Positions 54,909 through 64,000 of a stretch of 64,000 bases of DNA are shown one piece after another. This stretch comes from a virus, in IMG/VR virus record IMGVR_UViG_3300031576_000012, positions 30,997 to 94,996 of that record. One strand, written 5' to 3'. A program made the position numbers and the translations under genes. Positions within the stretch are counted from its first letter, which is position 1. Every line of letters starts with the position of its first letter. Under the pieces are notes generated by a model. That model was not told the origin of the DNA and did no database searches. It saw only the letters and a program-made list of their open reading frames with translations.

Positions 54909-57900
54909 ATGTCAAATTTAGTTATTTCAAGACCACCGCAGTTTCTTGATCCCTGGTTCATCGAAATTGAACAGGTATGGGATGAGATTGAAGCTTCGGT
55001 AAATGACAATGACGCTCGTATCACTACTCTAGAAGGCTTAGTTATTGGTGGAACAGGGGTTGTTACTTCTGTATCCAAATCTGGGGATACTCAGTTAACT
55101 AGTGATGTTACATTCACTGGTACTGGAAGTGTGTCCTTAAGTCAAGTAGGCCAAAATATAGAGATAGCCGGTACAGGTGTAACTGATCACGGAGCACTAA
55201 CAGGATTAGGAGATGATGACCATCTTCAATACATCCTTGTTGCTGGAACGAGAGCATTTTCTGGGAATCAATCCTTTGGATTTTTCCAAGCTACTAACTT
55301 TAGAGTAGAGAATGTTGCAGTAATACCAGCTCCTGGAAATCAAGGAAGATTGATTTTCGACAACGTAGCATTAGATCTTAAAGTAGATAACGGTACATCC
55401 TTTGTATCGGTCGGAGTAACTGATCATGGATTCTTAACTGGTCTTGGGGACGATGATCACCTTCAATATTTACTTGTCAGTGGTGCTAGAGCAGTAACAG
55501 GAGACTTTACAGTAGAGGGTATCTATAAGAACCAGGCTACTGAATCCTTTGAAATCCAATCTCAAGAAGACGATGGTGCTCTTGCTGTTGGTACTATTGT
55601 AGATACCTTTAATAACTTAACTGTTGCTGGTGCAAAACTAGTTTCAGTTCGAAATATGGGTGTAGAGAAGTTCTACATTGATAAAGATGGAAATATAAGC
55701 GTAAACCTAATGTATGGTCATATCGCTTCTCTTACTTCTTTATCAGCAATGATTGATACAGACAATGATAGCATAGTTGAAACTTTTAAAATTGAACATG
55801 ATTCTGATCTTCCTGGATCAGGTGGACTACTCTTTGAAGTAAATGAAGCTGGGGAAGCCCAAATAGCTACATCACTACGAGTAGGTTCTTTAGGAGTTCC
55901 AACTGCTACTTTAGATGTTAATGGCGATGCAGATATTTCTGGAGAACTTAAATTCTCTGGTTCTAATATTATATCCTCTCTTTCAAGTTTAACTTTTATA
56001 ATTGATACAAATAATGATGAAACAGCTTCCTTTATATGGCAAGAAGGTGCTGGAGCCACAATTCTTCAATTAGATGAAGATAAATCTCTACATGTTCTAG
56101 GTACTTTAAAGGGAGGTTCACCAGCAAACACATTTAGAATTGAAGCTAAACGATTAGCAGGAGGCCCTTCAACTGCTATTGAAATGGATACCCAAGTTGC
56201 TTATTCGGGATCTGATAAGCTTCTATCTATTAAGAATTTAGGAGTTGAAAAACTATATATTGATTTTGATGGTGTAATAGTTGGAGGTAGCTCCCCTTTC
56301 AAGTTTAAAAGTAGAACTCCTACAAATGAAGGAACCCAAGCTACTGGAACTATTACTATTATTGATAATACTTTCGATGCTGGGGATTCAGTAACAATTA
56401 CTGATCCTACATTAGTGCCTTTTACTTTTACAGAAACTACTGATTTTGCAATCGGGATTACAGCAAATGATACAGCTTCTAATTTAGCTGCTGCTATTAA
56501 CTCTGTTTACCCTGCTCTTTCAAGTCAAGTATCAGCCTTAGCTGCTGGCAATATTGTTACTATAACAGTAACTGCTGCTGGGGCTTTAGGTAATAGTTTT
56601 GCGTTAAGTGAGTCTGATAACGCTACAGATAATTTTACTCTTTCAGGAGCATTTTTTACTGGTGGTACAGATGTACCTTCAGTAGTTTATGAATTTGATT
56701 CAATTAATGATCATACAGTTGCGGGTTCAAAGCTCTTTAGCTTAAAACGAGCTGGAGTTGAGAAATTCTTCATTGATAAAGACGGAAATTTTAGTGGTAA
56801 CTTTGTTACTACAGTTGATCCTAGTGCTGGTGGAGCTGGAATACAAGCAGCTATGAATGCTGTTAATACCGCTGGAGGTGGGATAGTTCAACTTTTAGAA
56901 GGTATATATGTAATTTCTGCTGCAATTACCCCAGATGTTGGTATGAATAATGTTGAAGTTCGAGGAGTAGGTGAAGGAACAATCCTACAACATAATGGAT
57001 TGGGTTCATTTCAAGTATTCTTAGTTCAAGGTACAAGTGTTAGTAGCGGAGTAGCCGCAAATAACGTTTTAATTAGTGCTACAACTATTACTACAACTGT
57101 TGCTGCAAATGCAGCTGTATTCCTTGTTGGGGATTCAGTAAAGATTGCCGGTAATGGGGATGATACTTTCGAAGAAGCTGAAATGAATGAGGTTGCTATT
57201 GCTGGGGATGGTGGAACTGGAATAGTAGGATTAAAATATCCTATTAGACGAAATATTACTTCGGTTACTCTCTCTGGTTTTAGAAATGGGCAAAATAATA
57301 AGTTTAAAGATTTTAGAATGACCGCTGCTACCCCATTTGGAATGGACGATGTATTTATCGGTACTAGACAAAAGAACTGTGAATTAGAAAATCTTTTCGT
57401 AGATTCTTTTTATAGTACTCAGGCGTTAGAGTTTTCTACTGGGTGGAAAAATAAAATAAATAATTGTAAAATTAAAGATTTGGTAACACTAAGTAGCGGT
57501 GTACAATTATCAAATGAATTAGAAAGTTCTGTAGAACACTGTACAATCGTTGGAATGCCTGTTACAGGAATTAAAGTAATATTTAGATCTAACGATAATA
57601 GAATTAGTAATAATTTAATTACCAACTGTGTTTCTGGTATTTACGTAGACGGATTAAGTGGAACTCGAACTCGAAGAATATTATGCAGCAATAATAAACT
57701 ATCTGAGATTGAAACTTTTGGTATTAGATTTGAGCATGTAAGAGATGCAGTAGTATCCAATAACTCATTAGATAATTGTGCCTATAAACAAACAGGCGGG
57801 GATGTACAGGCTATTTATGGTGGTACATTGCACAATGTTTCCATCCTTGGTAATAATATTAATTATGCTCGTATGGGGATCAGTCTTGCAACTAGTGAGG

Positions 57901-58322
57901 ATTGTAACATCTCAAATAATAATCTTAAAAATATAGTTGGAGCACCAAGCAGTGCTTATGGAGATGCCCTTACATATCACGGAAGTAGAGGATGTATAAC
58001 AGGAAACATCATCCAAAATTGTACTAAAGCAGGATCGCCTGCTATGGAAATTGGTGGAACTACAGGGTTTGGGTTAGGTTTTATCGTATCTAATAATATA
58101 GTAGATACTATTAACGGGAATGGGATATCAATGTTTCAAGACTCTGGTACAGGAGCTGGGCATGTTATTTCAGGAAACGTTATACGAAATATAGCTGGTT
58201 CTTTTGCATTGGTAATTGCTAACGGAATCACAGATTCTATCATTATGGGCAATAACTGTCTTGGTGAGGGTATTTCGGAAGGTACGGGTACTGGTAATGA
58301 CTTCATTGGAAATAAGGAGTAA
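54909..58322 (+). CDS. tail fibre/tailspike with right-handed beta-helix
   Basis: DHG.LTGLGDDDHLQY x2; GIQAAMN...GGGIVQLLEG.Y; many I..N.I parallel beta-helix repeats. Confidence 0.85.
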   Translation: MSNLVISRPPQFLDPWFIEIEQVWDEIEASVNDNDARITTLEGLVIGGTGVVTSVSKSGDTQLTSDVTFTGTGSVSLSQVGQNIEIAGTGVTDHGALTGLGDDDHLQYILVAGTRAFSGNQSFGFFQATNFRVENVAVIPAPGNQGRLIFDNVALDLKVDNGTSFVSVGVTDHGFLTGLGDDDHLQYLLVSGARAVTGDFTVEGIYKNQATESFEIQSQEDDGALAVGTIVDTFNNLTVAGAKLVSVRNMGVEKFYIDKDGNISVNLMYGHIASLTSLSAMIDTDNDSIVETFKIEHDSDLPGSGGLLFEVNEAGEAQIATSLRVGSLGVPTATLDVNGDADISGELKFSGSNIISSLSSLTFIIDTNNDETASFIWQEGAGATILQLDEDKSLHVLGTLKGGSPANTFRIEAKRLAGGPSTAIEMDTQVAYSGSDKLLSIKNLGVEKLYIDFDGVIVGGSSPFKFKSRTPTNEGTQATGTITIIDNTFDAGDSVTITDPTLVPFTFTETTDFAIGITANDTASNLAAAINSVYPALSSQVSALAAGNIVTITVTAAGALGNSFALSESDNATDNFTLSGAFFTGGTDVPSVVYEFDSINDHTVAGSKLFSLKRAGVEKFFIDKDGNFSGNFVTTVDPSAGGAGIQAAMNAVNTAGGGIVQLLEGIYVISAAITPDVGMNNVEVRGVGEGTILQHNGLGSFQVFLVQGTSVSSGVAANNVLISATTITTTVAANAAVFLVGDSVKIAGNGDDTFEEAEMNEVAIAGDGGTGIVGLKYPIRRNITSVTLSGFRNGQNNKFKDFRMTAATPFGMDDVFIGTRQKNCELENLFVDSFYSTQALEFSTGWKNKINNCKIKDLVTLSSGVQLSNELESSVEHCTIVGMPVTGIKVIFRSNDNRISNNLITNCVSGIYVDGLSGTRTRRILCSNNKLSEIETFGIRFEHVRDAVVSNNSLDNCAYKQTGGDVQAIYGGTLHNVSILGNNINYARMGISLATSEDCNISNNNLKNIVGAPSSAYGDALTYHGSRGCITGNIIQNCTKAGSPAMEIGGTTGFGLGFIVSNNIVDTINGNGISMFQDSGTGAGHVISGNVIRNIAGSFALVIANGITDSIIMGNNCLGEGISEGTGTGNDFIGNKE

Positions 58323-58324
58323 AC

Positions 58325-60010
58325 ATGGCTGGCACTAAGATTAAACATAAATCAGGAGTAGCCGATGGCGCTACAGCTATAGGCCATGAATTTGATACTA
58401 AGACCAGCTTAGTTACAGCAGGTGCGAAAATACTTTCTGTAAAGAACGCTGGAACAGAAAAATTCTCAGTAGATAAAGATGGTAATAGTTCTCAGCAGTT
58501 TGAACGTACTGTTAGACCTGATGAAGGAGCTGCAGGAATCAACTCAGCTATCTCAGCATTAAATGCTCTAGGTGGTGGTAAGGTTAAGTTACTTGCGGGA
58601 ACATATAATATCAACGTATCAGTTGGTGCTTTTACTATAACTAACTTCAATAACATCGAAATTGAAGGAGTTGGGGAAGGCACAATTCTTGATATTAACT
58701 CTGGAGCAGGATTGACTGGTGGTACAGCTATGGCGGTTGGTGGAACTGCCCCAATTTTATCAACACCGATCAATGATATCACGGTTGGAGATACATCTAT
58801 TTTTACTACAACTGTTGCAACTGCTGGAAACGTTTTAGCTGGAGATTTTATTAGACTTTCTGGATATGATGTAGATGGGGTTTATGATGAAGAATGGCAT
58901 GAAGCTTCTGCAAATGGTAATGCTGGAACAGGAGAAATCCCACTTCATGGGAAAATTTTACGTACCATGAATGATGGTTCTGGAACATTAGTAGCATCTG
59001 CTTCACGTAATGGTAGAAATAACTCAGTTAAAAATGTACGATTTACACACAGTTCAGGAGTAGCAGTAGGTTTTCTAACAAGTGATAACAGTTTTAGAAA
59101 TCTTTTTGAAAATATTACTTGTGATACTTTTATAGCAGCTGATTCCGCTTTAAGTATGACTGGTATTTATAATACTATGAGAGGTTGTAAAATTCGTAAT
59201 GTATTAACAACTGGTACTGCTATCACAATGCAAAGTGATTTATTTGGTCTTTGTGAAAATAATATGATTGATACTGTTGCGAATACTACATTTTCATTAG
59301 GTATAAATGGTTCGGTTGATTTTATTTGTAGGGGCAATAAGATTTATAATTCAGCAGGTTCTGGAATATGTAATATCTATGGTTCTGGTGCTGTAAATAG
59401 ACGATGTTCTATCTATGATAATTTAGTCTCCAAAACTGGAGTTTATGGAATTGCAATGGGCGGTGGAGTAGCTTTTACAGCTGAAATTAATATTCATAAT
59501 AATTCTATTGATGGATGTCTTTCAGGTGCTGGAATAGAAATCCCAGGAGGAAGACGATATTCAATTATAGGTAATCATGTTTATAATTGTTCACAAGGTA
59601 TTAGAACTCAAGGGGGAAAAGATTCTGTTATCATGGGAAATACTTTACAAAAGATTTCTCCAAATGATGGGATTTCATTACAACTCTCAGCATCTGTTGG
59701 TTTAGTGATTAAAGGTAACATGATTAAAAATGTGCCCTCTTCTAATGCTATTTCAGTATCCGAAGTATCCAAGTGTGTAATTGAAGGAAATATGATTGAT
59801 ACAGCAAATGTGGGTATTTCATGTTCAGGAGTTTCCTGTACAGATAACGTAATTAATGGCAACGTAATTTTAAATATTACAGCAGCTAGTTCGGGTATTC
59901 TTCAAACTAATGATGTTACCAATTCTACTATAGTTGGAAATAATGCTAGAGGAGAAGGTATAACTTTAGGCACTGGTGCTGGACATCTTTCTGGATTAAA
60001 TCAGGAGTAA
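58325..60010 (+). CDS. tailspike with right-handed beta-helix (pectate-lyase-like)
   Basis: GINSAI..L...GGGKVKLLAGTY; IEGVGEGTIL; I.GN repeats. Confidence 0.85.
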   Translation: MAGTKIKHKSGVADGATAIGHEFDTKTSLVTAGAKILSVKNAGTEKFSVDKDGNSSQQFERTVRPDEGAAGINSAISALNALGGGKVKLLAGTYNINVSVGAFTITNFNNIEIEGVGEGTILDINSGAGLTGGTAMAVGGTAPILSTPINDITVGDTSIFTTTVATAGNVLAGDFIRLSGYDVDGVYDEEWHEASANGNAGTGEIPLHGKILRTMNDGSGTLVASASRNGRNNSVKNVRFTHSSGVAVGFLTSDNSFRNLFENITCDTFIAADSALSMTGIYNTMRGCKIRNVLTTGTAITMQSDLFGLCENNMIDTVANTTFSLGINGSVDFICRGNKIYNSAGSGICNIYGSGAVNRRCSIYDNLVSKTGVYGIAMGGGVAFTAEINIHNNSIDGCLSGAGIEIPGGRRYSIIGNHVYNCSQGIRTQGGKDSVIMGNTLQKISPNDGISLQLSASVGLVIKGNMIKNVPSSNAISVSEVSKCVIEGNMIDTANVGISCSGVSCTDNVINGNVILNITAASSGILQTNDVTNSTIVGNNARGEGITLGTGAGHLSGLNQE

Positions 60011-60013
60011 AAC

Positions 60014-61606
60014 ATGGCTGGACGAGTTAAATTAATATCAAGTGAAACAGTAGCAAATACCCCTGCTTTTGAAATGGATTCTAAATCTGATTTCAGTGCT
60101 GGTGGGAATTGGATGCTTTGGAAAAATCTTGGCACTACATTTGCTGATATCCGACCTACATTATTTTCTCATATCGGAGTTGGAAATAGTTCATTTGGTG
60201 GAAAACTATCAGTAAATGCTACTGGTCCAAGTTCAATTGGATTGGATGTTCGTGGCGATCTTAATATGTCTACAACTGGTGGTATATCTCGTGGAGAAGC
60301 TTCCTTATCCCTTATTGATACTGCTGTTGCTTCCCCACTAGAACATCATGTCAATTTTAATGATAGAGTAGTATTAAGAATTCAAGGTATGTTGGATGGG
60401 TCTTTAAATAGACAGTTTCCAAGAATCCGAACACTTATGGCTCCTACTATCTCAAATGCTGCTTTTCAAATTTGGGATGAAAATAACCATACCACACCAG
60501 GTAATAAACTACTTCAACTATTACATAATAATGGAGCTAAGATAGCTTTTGATGTTGATGTTGATGGTACCTTACGAGGACAAGATTTAGCTAATGGTGG
60601 CGGTACAAATAACCCATTTAAATTCTTAACAAGAGAACAAGATAACGCAACAGGAGTTGGATATATATTCGATTCTGCTACCTTATCTAATGCAAGCTCA
60701 CGACTAGCTTCCTTTAGAAATAATGGAACTGAAAATGTCAGAATTAAGTTTAATGGTTATACATGGCTTGGTGGAACTCCTGGTGGATACACCCCAGATT
60801 CCCTAGCAGGATTAGTAGTTAATGCTCCTTTGATTCAATTTGGTTCTGGTTCAGCTCAAGTTGGATTGGATCTCAAAGGTGGATCAGCAGGGGCTTATAT
60901 TTCTGATTCTTCGGTATTCTGGTTACACTTCTTAAAGTCTCCAAGTAAAGTAGAATTTGACGTTAAACAATCTTTTGCTAATAACGTAGGTATTATCGAG
61001 ACACAGCAAGCAAACGGTAGTGCAGGATCAGGTTCTCCTGGTTTTAAAATTAATGCTGTAAATGCGTTGTCTACTGCTGGAGATAGACTCTTATCCTTAC
61101 ATAATGGTGGTAGTGAACGACTTTATGTTGAGTACGATGGTACGATCTATGCCGGTCAAGTAAATAACCCGTTTAATATGAAATCGTTGGAAGACGATGG
61201 AAGTACAGCAATTGGATATATCTTTGATACAGTTAACTCTCTAACTACAACTACTGCTAAACTATTCTCTTTTAGAAATGGTGGAACAGAGAAATTTGGA
61301 TTAGCCAAGAATGGTGGTATCAATGCTGGTTCTAAGGGAGTAGCAGTTAGCGCAAGTAGCACTGGTGAAACTCTTATTGGAGTAACTGATACTTCTGCTG
61401 CAAGAACAATTACATTAGATCAGGATGATGAAGTAACAGGTAGAGTAGTTATTGTTAAAGACGAATCAGGTGCAGCTGGTACAAACAATATTACAGTTGA
61501 TACAGAAGGTTCTTCGACTATCGACGGAACCGCTTCAGTTGCAATTACTGCCAACTACGGAGTACTTAGAGTATATTTCCGTAATGGTAATTGGTTTAGC
61601 TTCTAA
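60014..61606 (+). CDS. tail fibre protein
   Basis: Five copies of the shared fibre module; C-terminal KDESG.AGTNNIT...TIDG...W domain. Confidence 0.8.
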   Translation: MAGRVKLISSETVANTPAFEMDSKSDFSAGGNWMLWKNLGTTFADIRPTLFSHIGVGNSSFGGKLSVNATGPSSIGLDVRGDLNMSTTGGISRGEASLSLIDTAVASPLEHHVNFNDRVVLRIQGMLDGSLNRQFPRIRTLMAPTISNAAFQIWDENNHTTPGNKLLQLLHNNGAKIAFDVDVDGTLRGQDLANGGGTNNPFKFLTREQDNATGVGYIFDSATLSNASSRLASFRNNGTENVRIKFNGYTWLGGTPGGYTPDSLAGLVVNAPLIQFGSGSAQVGLDLKGGSAGAYISDSSVFWLHFLKSPSKVEFDVKQSFANNVGIIETQQANGSAGSGSPGFKINAVNALSTAGDRLLSLHNGGSERLYVEYDGTIYAGQVNNPFNMKSLEDDGSTAIGYIFDTVNSLTTTTAKLFSFRNGGTEKFGLAKNGGINAGSKGVAVSASSTGETLIGVTDTSAARTITLDQDDEVTGRVVIVKDESGAAGTNNITVDTEGSSTIDGTASVAITANYGVLRVYFRNGNWFSF

Positions 61607-61619
61607 TAAGGAGATATAA

Positions 61620-61931
61620 ATGGCTATTGAATCAAGAAGAATACCAAGAGTTATTTCTAGAACTCCTACAGCAGTTAGTTATATGTCTACAGGAGAAGGT
61701 TTGATTGCGGTAACTAATACAGCCGCTCCGAGAACTATTACTCTTTCAAATGATGATAAAATTAACGGGAAAGTTATTGATATTAAAGATGAATCTGGTG
61801 GAGCCGGAACTAATAATATTACAGTAACCCCACAAACAGGAACCATTGATGGTGCTGCTTCAGTATTAATCACCGCAAATTATGGTATATTAAGAGTCTA
61901 TAGTGATGGAAATTCGTGGTTTTCAAGATAA
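61620..61931 (+). CDS. stand-alone fibre-tip domain protein
   Basis: Closely similar to the last ~80 aa of 60014..61606. Confidence 0.8.
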   Translation: MAIESRRIPRVISRTPTAVSYMSTGEGLIAVTNTAAPRTITLSNDDKINGKVIDIKDESGGAGTNNITVTPQTGTIDGAASVLITANYGILRVYSDGNSWFSR

Positions 61932-61935
61932 TTGT

Positions 61936-62514
61936 ATGAAACTCAATAATATAAATGAAAAACTGTCTAAAGATGTTCTTGTGGACTTATATTATACCCA
62001 AAAAATGTCTGTAGAGAAGATAACAAAAGTAACAAAATCTTCTAAACCAACTGTAATAAATCAAATGAAAAAATTTGATATACTGAGACGAAATAGAAAA
62101 GAAATGACAAGTGGATTAAATCATTGGAAATTTCAACCAGCTTTAGACAGGATTTGTTTGCATTGCCTTAAAAGTTATAGGGCAAATACAATAAATGACA
62201 GCAATTTTTGTAGTTTAGCCTGTTATTGGCAATCTATGGAAAAAGATTTTGAACCAACACATAGACGATTTTTAACAACCAGTAAATGGAAGAAATTTGC
62301 AGCTAAAGTAAAAAATAATAGGAATCTTATTTGTAATTTATGTTCTCTTAAAAATGAAGAATGTATTGAACTGTATGGAAAATCATTACATTTACATCAT
62401 ATTATACCAAGAGACATAAGACCTGATTTAGCTTTAGATGAAAATAATCTTAATCTATTGTGCCCAACTTGTCATATAAAAGAACATAAACAATCAAATT
62501 GGTTTAGTCGATAA
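61936..62514 (+). CDS. HNH homing endonuclease
   Basis: HTH-like N-terminus, CLHC..FCSLAC, CNLC...LHLHHI.P...NLNLLCPTCH...H; AT-rich. Confidence 0.9.
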   Translation: MKLNNINEKLSKDVLVDLYYTQKMSVEKITKVTKSSKPTVINQMKKFDILRRNRKEMTSGLNHWKFQPALDRICLHCLKSYRANTINDSNFCSLACYWQSMEKDFEPTHRRFLTTSKWKKFAAKVKNNRNLICNLCSLKNEECIELYGKSLHLHHIIPRDIRPDLALDENNLNLLCPTCHIKEHKQSNWFSR

Positions 62515-62523
62515 GGAGATATA

Positions 62524-63858
62524 ATGTCTGACGTAAATTTTAACGTAACTGATGATTTAGCTGGATCAGGTGGGTCTTTTGTAGGAAGTATTCAAACTCA
62601 ACAAAGTGTTTTGGGTGCCGATGCCAATTTCACTAGCTCTACAGAATCTCAAGTAGCGTCTGTACAAGTATCAATTACTACTTCAATTGCAAATGAAACA
62701 GTAGAAGTAGGATATGTAGGACATGCTCAACAGATCGGGGCTACATATGCTCAAATTTCTTTAGGAGCTAAGGTAGATTCTGATGCTACTTTGTGGTTTG
62801 ATGATACTGATTTCGCAGGTGGTTCTGGGGTAATTCAATCTGTTACAGGCACTAGAAAAATTACTATTTCTACACCAGGGGTTCATCTTATTAAGTTGAT
62901 GGCGGCTAATCCACAAAATGCTGGAACTGCACGACTTCTTGCGGCATCATCTACTGCTGCTTCTATATTCCAAGTTACTCAATATGGTGGTGGAAGTAAA
63001 TTAATTACGGTAACTGAAACAACGCTTGCCGCAGATTTTACGATTGTCCAAGCATTTTCAGATGTTGATGGCGCTGGAATGGCTCAGGTTGATTCTGTAC
63101 AGTTGACCGTTACTACCGTAGCCAACGAAAGACTTCTGATAAACTATAACGGATGTATCAATTCTACTGGCAACGTAGGTTTTAGAGATGCCATTTTAGG
63201 ATATCAAATTGATAGCAATACTCCAGTTGTTTGCGGTTATTGGAACCATGAATCTGCTACTGGTGATTCTGATTTAGCTAGTTTTTCTAGGCTAACCGCA
63301 GCTCTTTCTGCTGGTACTCATATTATTAAATTAACAGCTTCTAAAAGTAATACCAACGGAGCTATTTTAAAAGGATATCCTGGTTCTAATAATGCTTTTA
63401 AAACTTCATTTCAAGCAACGCAGTTTGGTGGTGATAATCAAGCAACAAGTTGGGTAGCATTTACTCCTACTGGAGCTTGGACAACAAACTCAACCTATAC
63501 AGGAATGTATAGAAAAATTGGAGATACCCTTGAGTGCAGAGTTAAGATTGCTCTTGCAGGCGCACCCAACTCAGCTCAACTTACAGTAAACTTGCCAGCA
63601 GGTTTTACAATTGATACGGCAAAGATGCTATCACCATCTGCGGATATTACACTATTAATGGGTGTCGCCATTTATAGGGATACCGGAGTTGGTTCATGGC
63701 ATGGAAATGTAGCATATAGTTCAACTACTTCAGTAAGATTATATGTATCAAATACAAGCGGTACTTATCTAAATCCAACCTCAGTTGATCAGGCTACACC
63801 GTTCAGCTTTGGAAACACAGACTTTGTTGAATTTACTTTTAGTGTACCAGTTCTTTAA
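62524..63858 (+). CDS. tail fibre / receptor-binding protein
   Basis: Two tandem beta-sandwich repeats (...G.H.IKL.A...FQ.TQ.GG) and a C-terminal WVAFTPT...YRKIGD head domain. Confidence 0.75.
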   Translation: MSDVNFNVTDDLAGSGGSFVGSIQTQQSVLGADANFTSSTESQVASVQVSITTSIANETVEVGYVGHAQQIGATYAQISLGAKVDSDATLWFDDTDFAGGSGVIQSVTGTRKITISTPGVHLIKLMAANPQNAGTARLLAASSTAASIFQVTQYGGGSKLITVTETTLAADFTIVQAFSDVDGAGMAQVDSVQLTVTTVANERLLINYNGCINSTGNVGFRDAILGYQIDSNTPVVCGYWNHESATGDSDLASFSRLTAALSAGTHIIKLTASKSNTNGAILKGYPGSNNAFKTSFQATQFGGDNQATSWVAFTPTGAWTTNSTYTGMYRKIGDTLECRVKIALAGAPNSAQLTVNLPAGFTIDTAKMLSPSADITLLMGVAIYRDTGVGSWHGNVAYSSTTSVRLYVSNTSGTYLNPTSVDQATPFSFGNTDFVEFTFSVPVL

Positions 63859-63876
63859 TAATTAAGGAGATATAAA

Positions 63877-64000
63877 ATGGCATTAGTTAAACTTTTGGCT
63901 CAGGCCGAAGCACAACCATCTATTGATAAAGCAAAGCTTCTCAGCGTAGAAGTTGAACCAGCAAGCAAGCGCATGAAGGTTCAATTAGCTAAAGGCTATG
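63877..64000 (+). CDS. hypothetical protein (partial)
   Basis: AAGGAG RBS; MALVKLLAQAEAQP... open to the window end. Confidence 0.65.
   Translation, partial: MALVKLLAQAEAQPSIDKAKLLSVEVEPASKRMKVQLAKGY

Noticed and set aside
3369-61873. Antisense and alternate-frame ORFs in the track (e.g. 4873+, 6846+, 18000-, 25723-, 48875-, 53447-)
   Set aside because: Shadows of real genes on the opposite strand or chance ORFs; no RBS and atypical composition
61330-61931. DGR template/variable repeat pair
   Set aside because: Differences between the copies are not adenine-specific, both copies are coding, and no reverse transcriptase is present in the window
61911-62493. Group I intron carrying the HNH
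   Set aside because: No room for a ribozyme core, no U/G splice junctions that restore the frame, and the upstream gene already has its own stop
1-64000. CRISPR array, integrase, intein or stop-codon reassignment
   Set aside because: No spaced repeat array, recombinase or intein motifs seen; long genes are intact in code 11 with TAA, TAG and TGA all used as stops

Overview
AT-rich segment of a large lytic-type myovirus (contractile-tailed dsDNA phage) read in the standard genetic code. Positions 1-17.7 kb are a minus-strand early/accessory arm: HNH endonuclease, peptide deformylase, metallophosphoesterase, a MoxR-like AAA+ ATPase with a metallopeptidase-vWA partner, a membrane-anchored lytic transglycosylase and about 50 small hypothetical genes, with several near-consensus sigma70/sigmaA promoters. 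A ~630-bp divergent intergenic region is followed on the plus strand by a cluster of small acidic proteins (18.4-21.7 kb) and a ~300-nt highly structured non-coding segment. The morphogenesis module comes next: TerS, TerL, portal, scaffold, major capsid, neck, sheath, three tube paralogs, a frameshifting tail chaperone, tape measure, baseplate, two beta-helix tailspikes, fibres and a second HNH. Most notable observations: (i) a candidate multi-helix, pseudoknotted ncRNA upstream of the packaging genes; (ii) a 2.5-kb cassette bracketed by inverted repeats, whose otherwise unrelated small proteins share a C-terminal [DE]NExLIxEY[EQ]Q tag; (iii) strong local AAGCTT enrichment and GATC depletion next to the strand switch; (iv) an HNH insertion that supplied a recoded C-terminus to its target gene; (v) one small beta module grafted into many virion proteins. 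All counts and folds were done by eye; no database searches were run.
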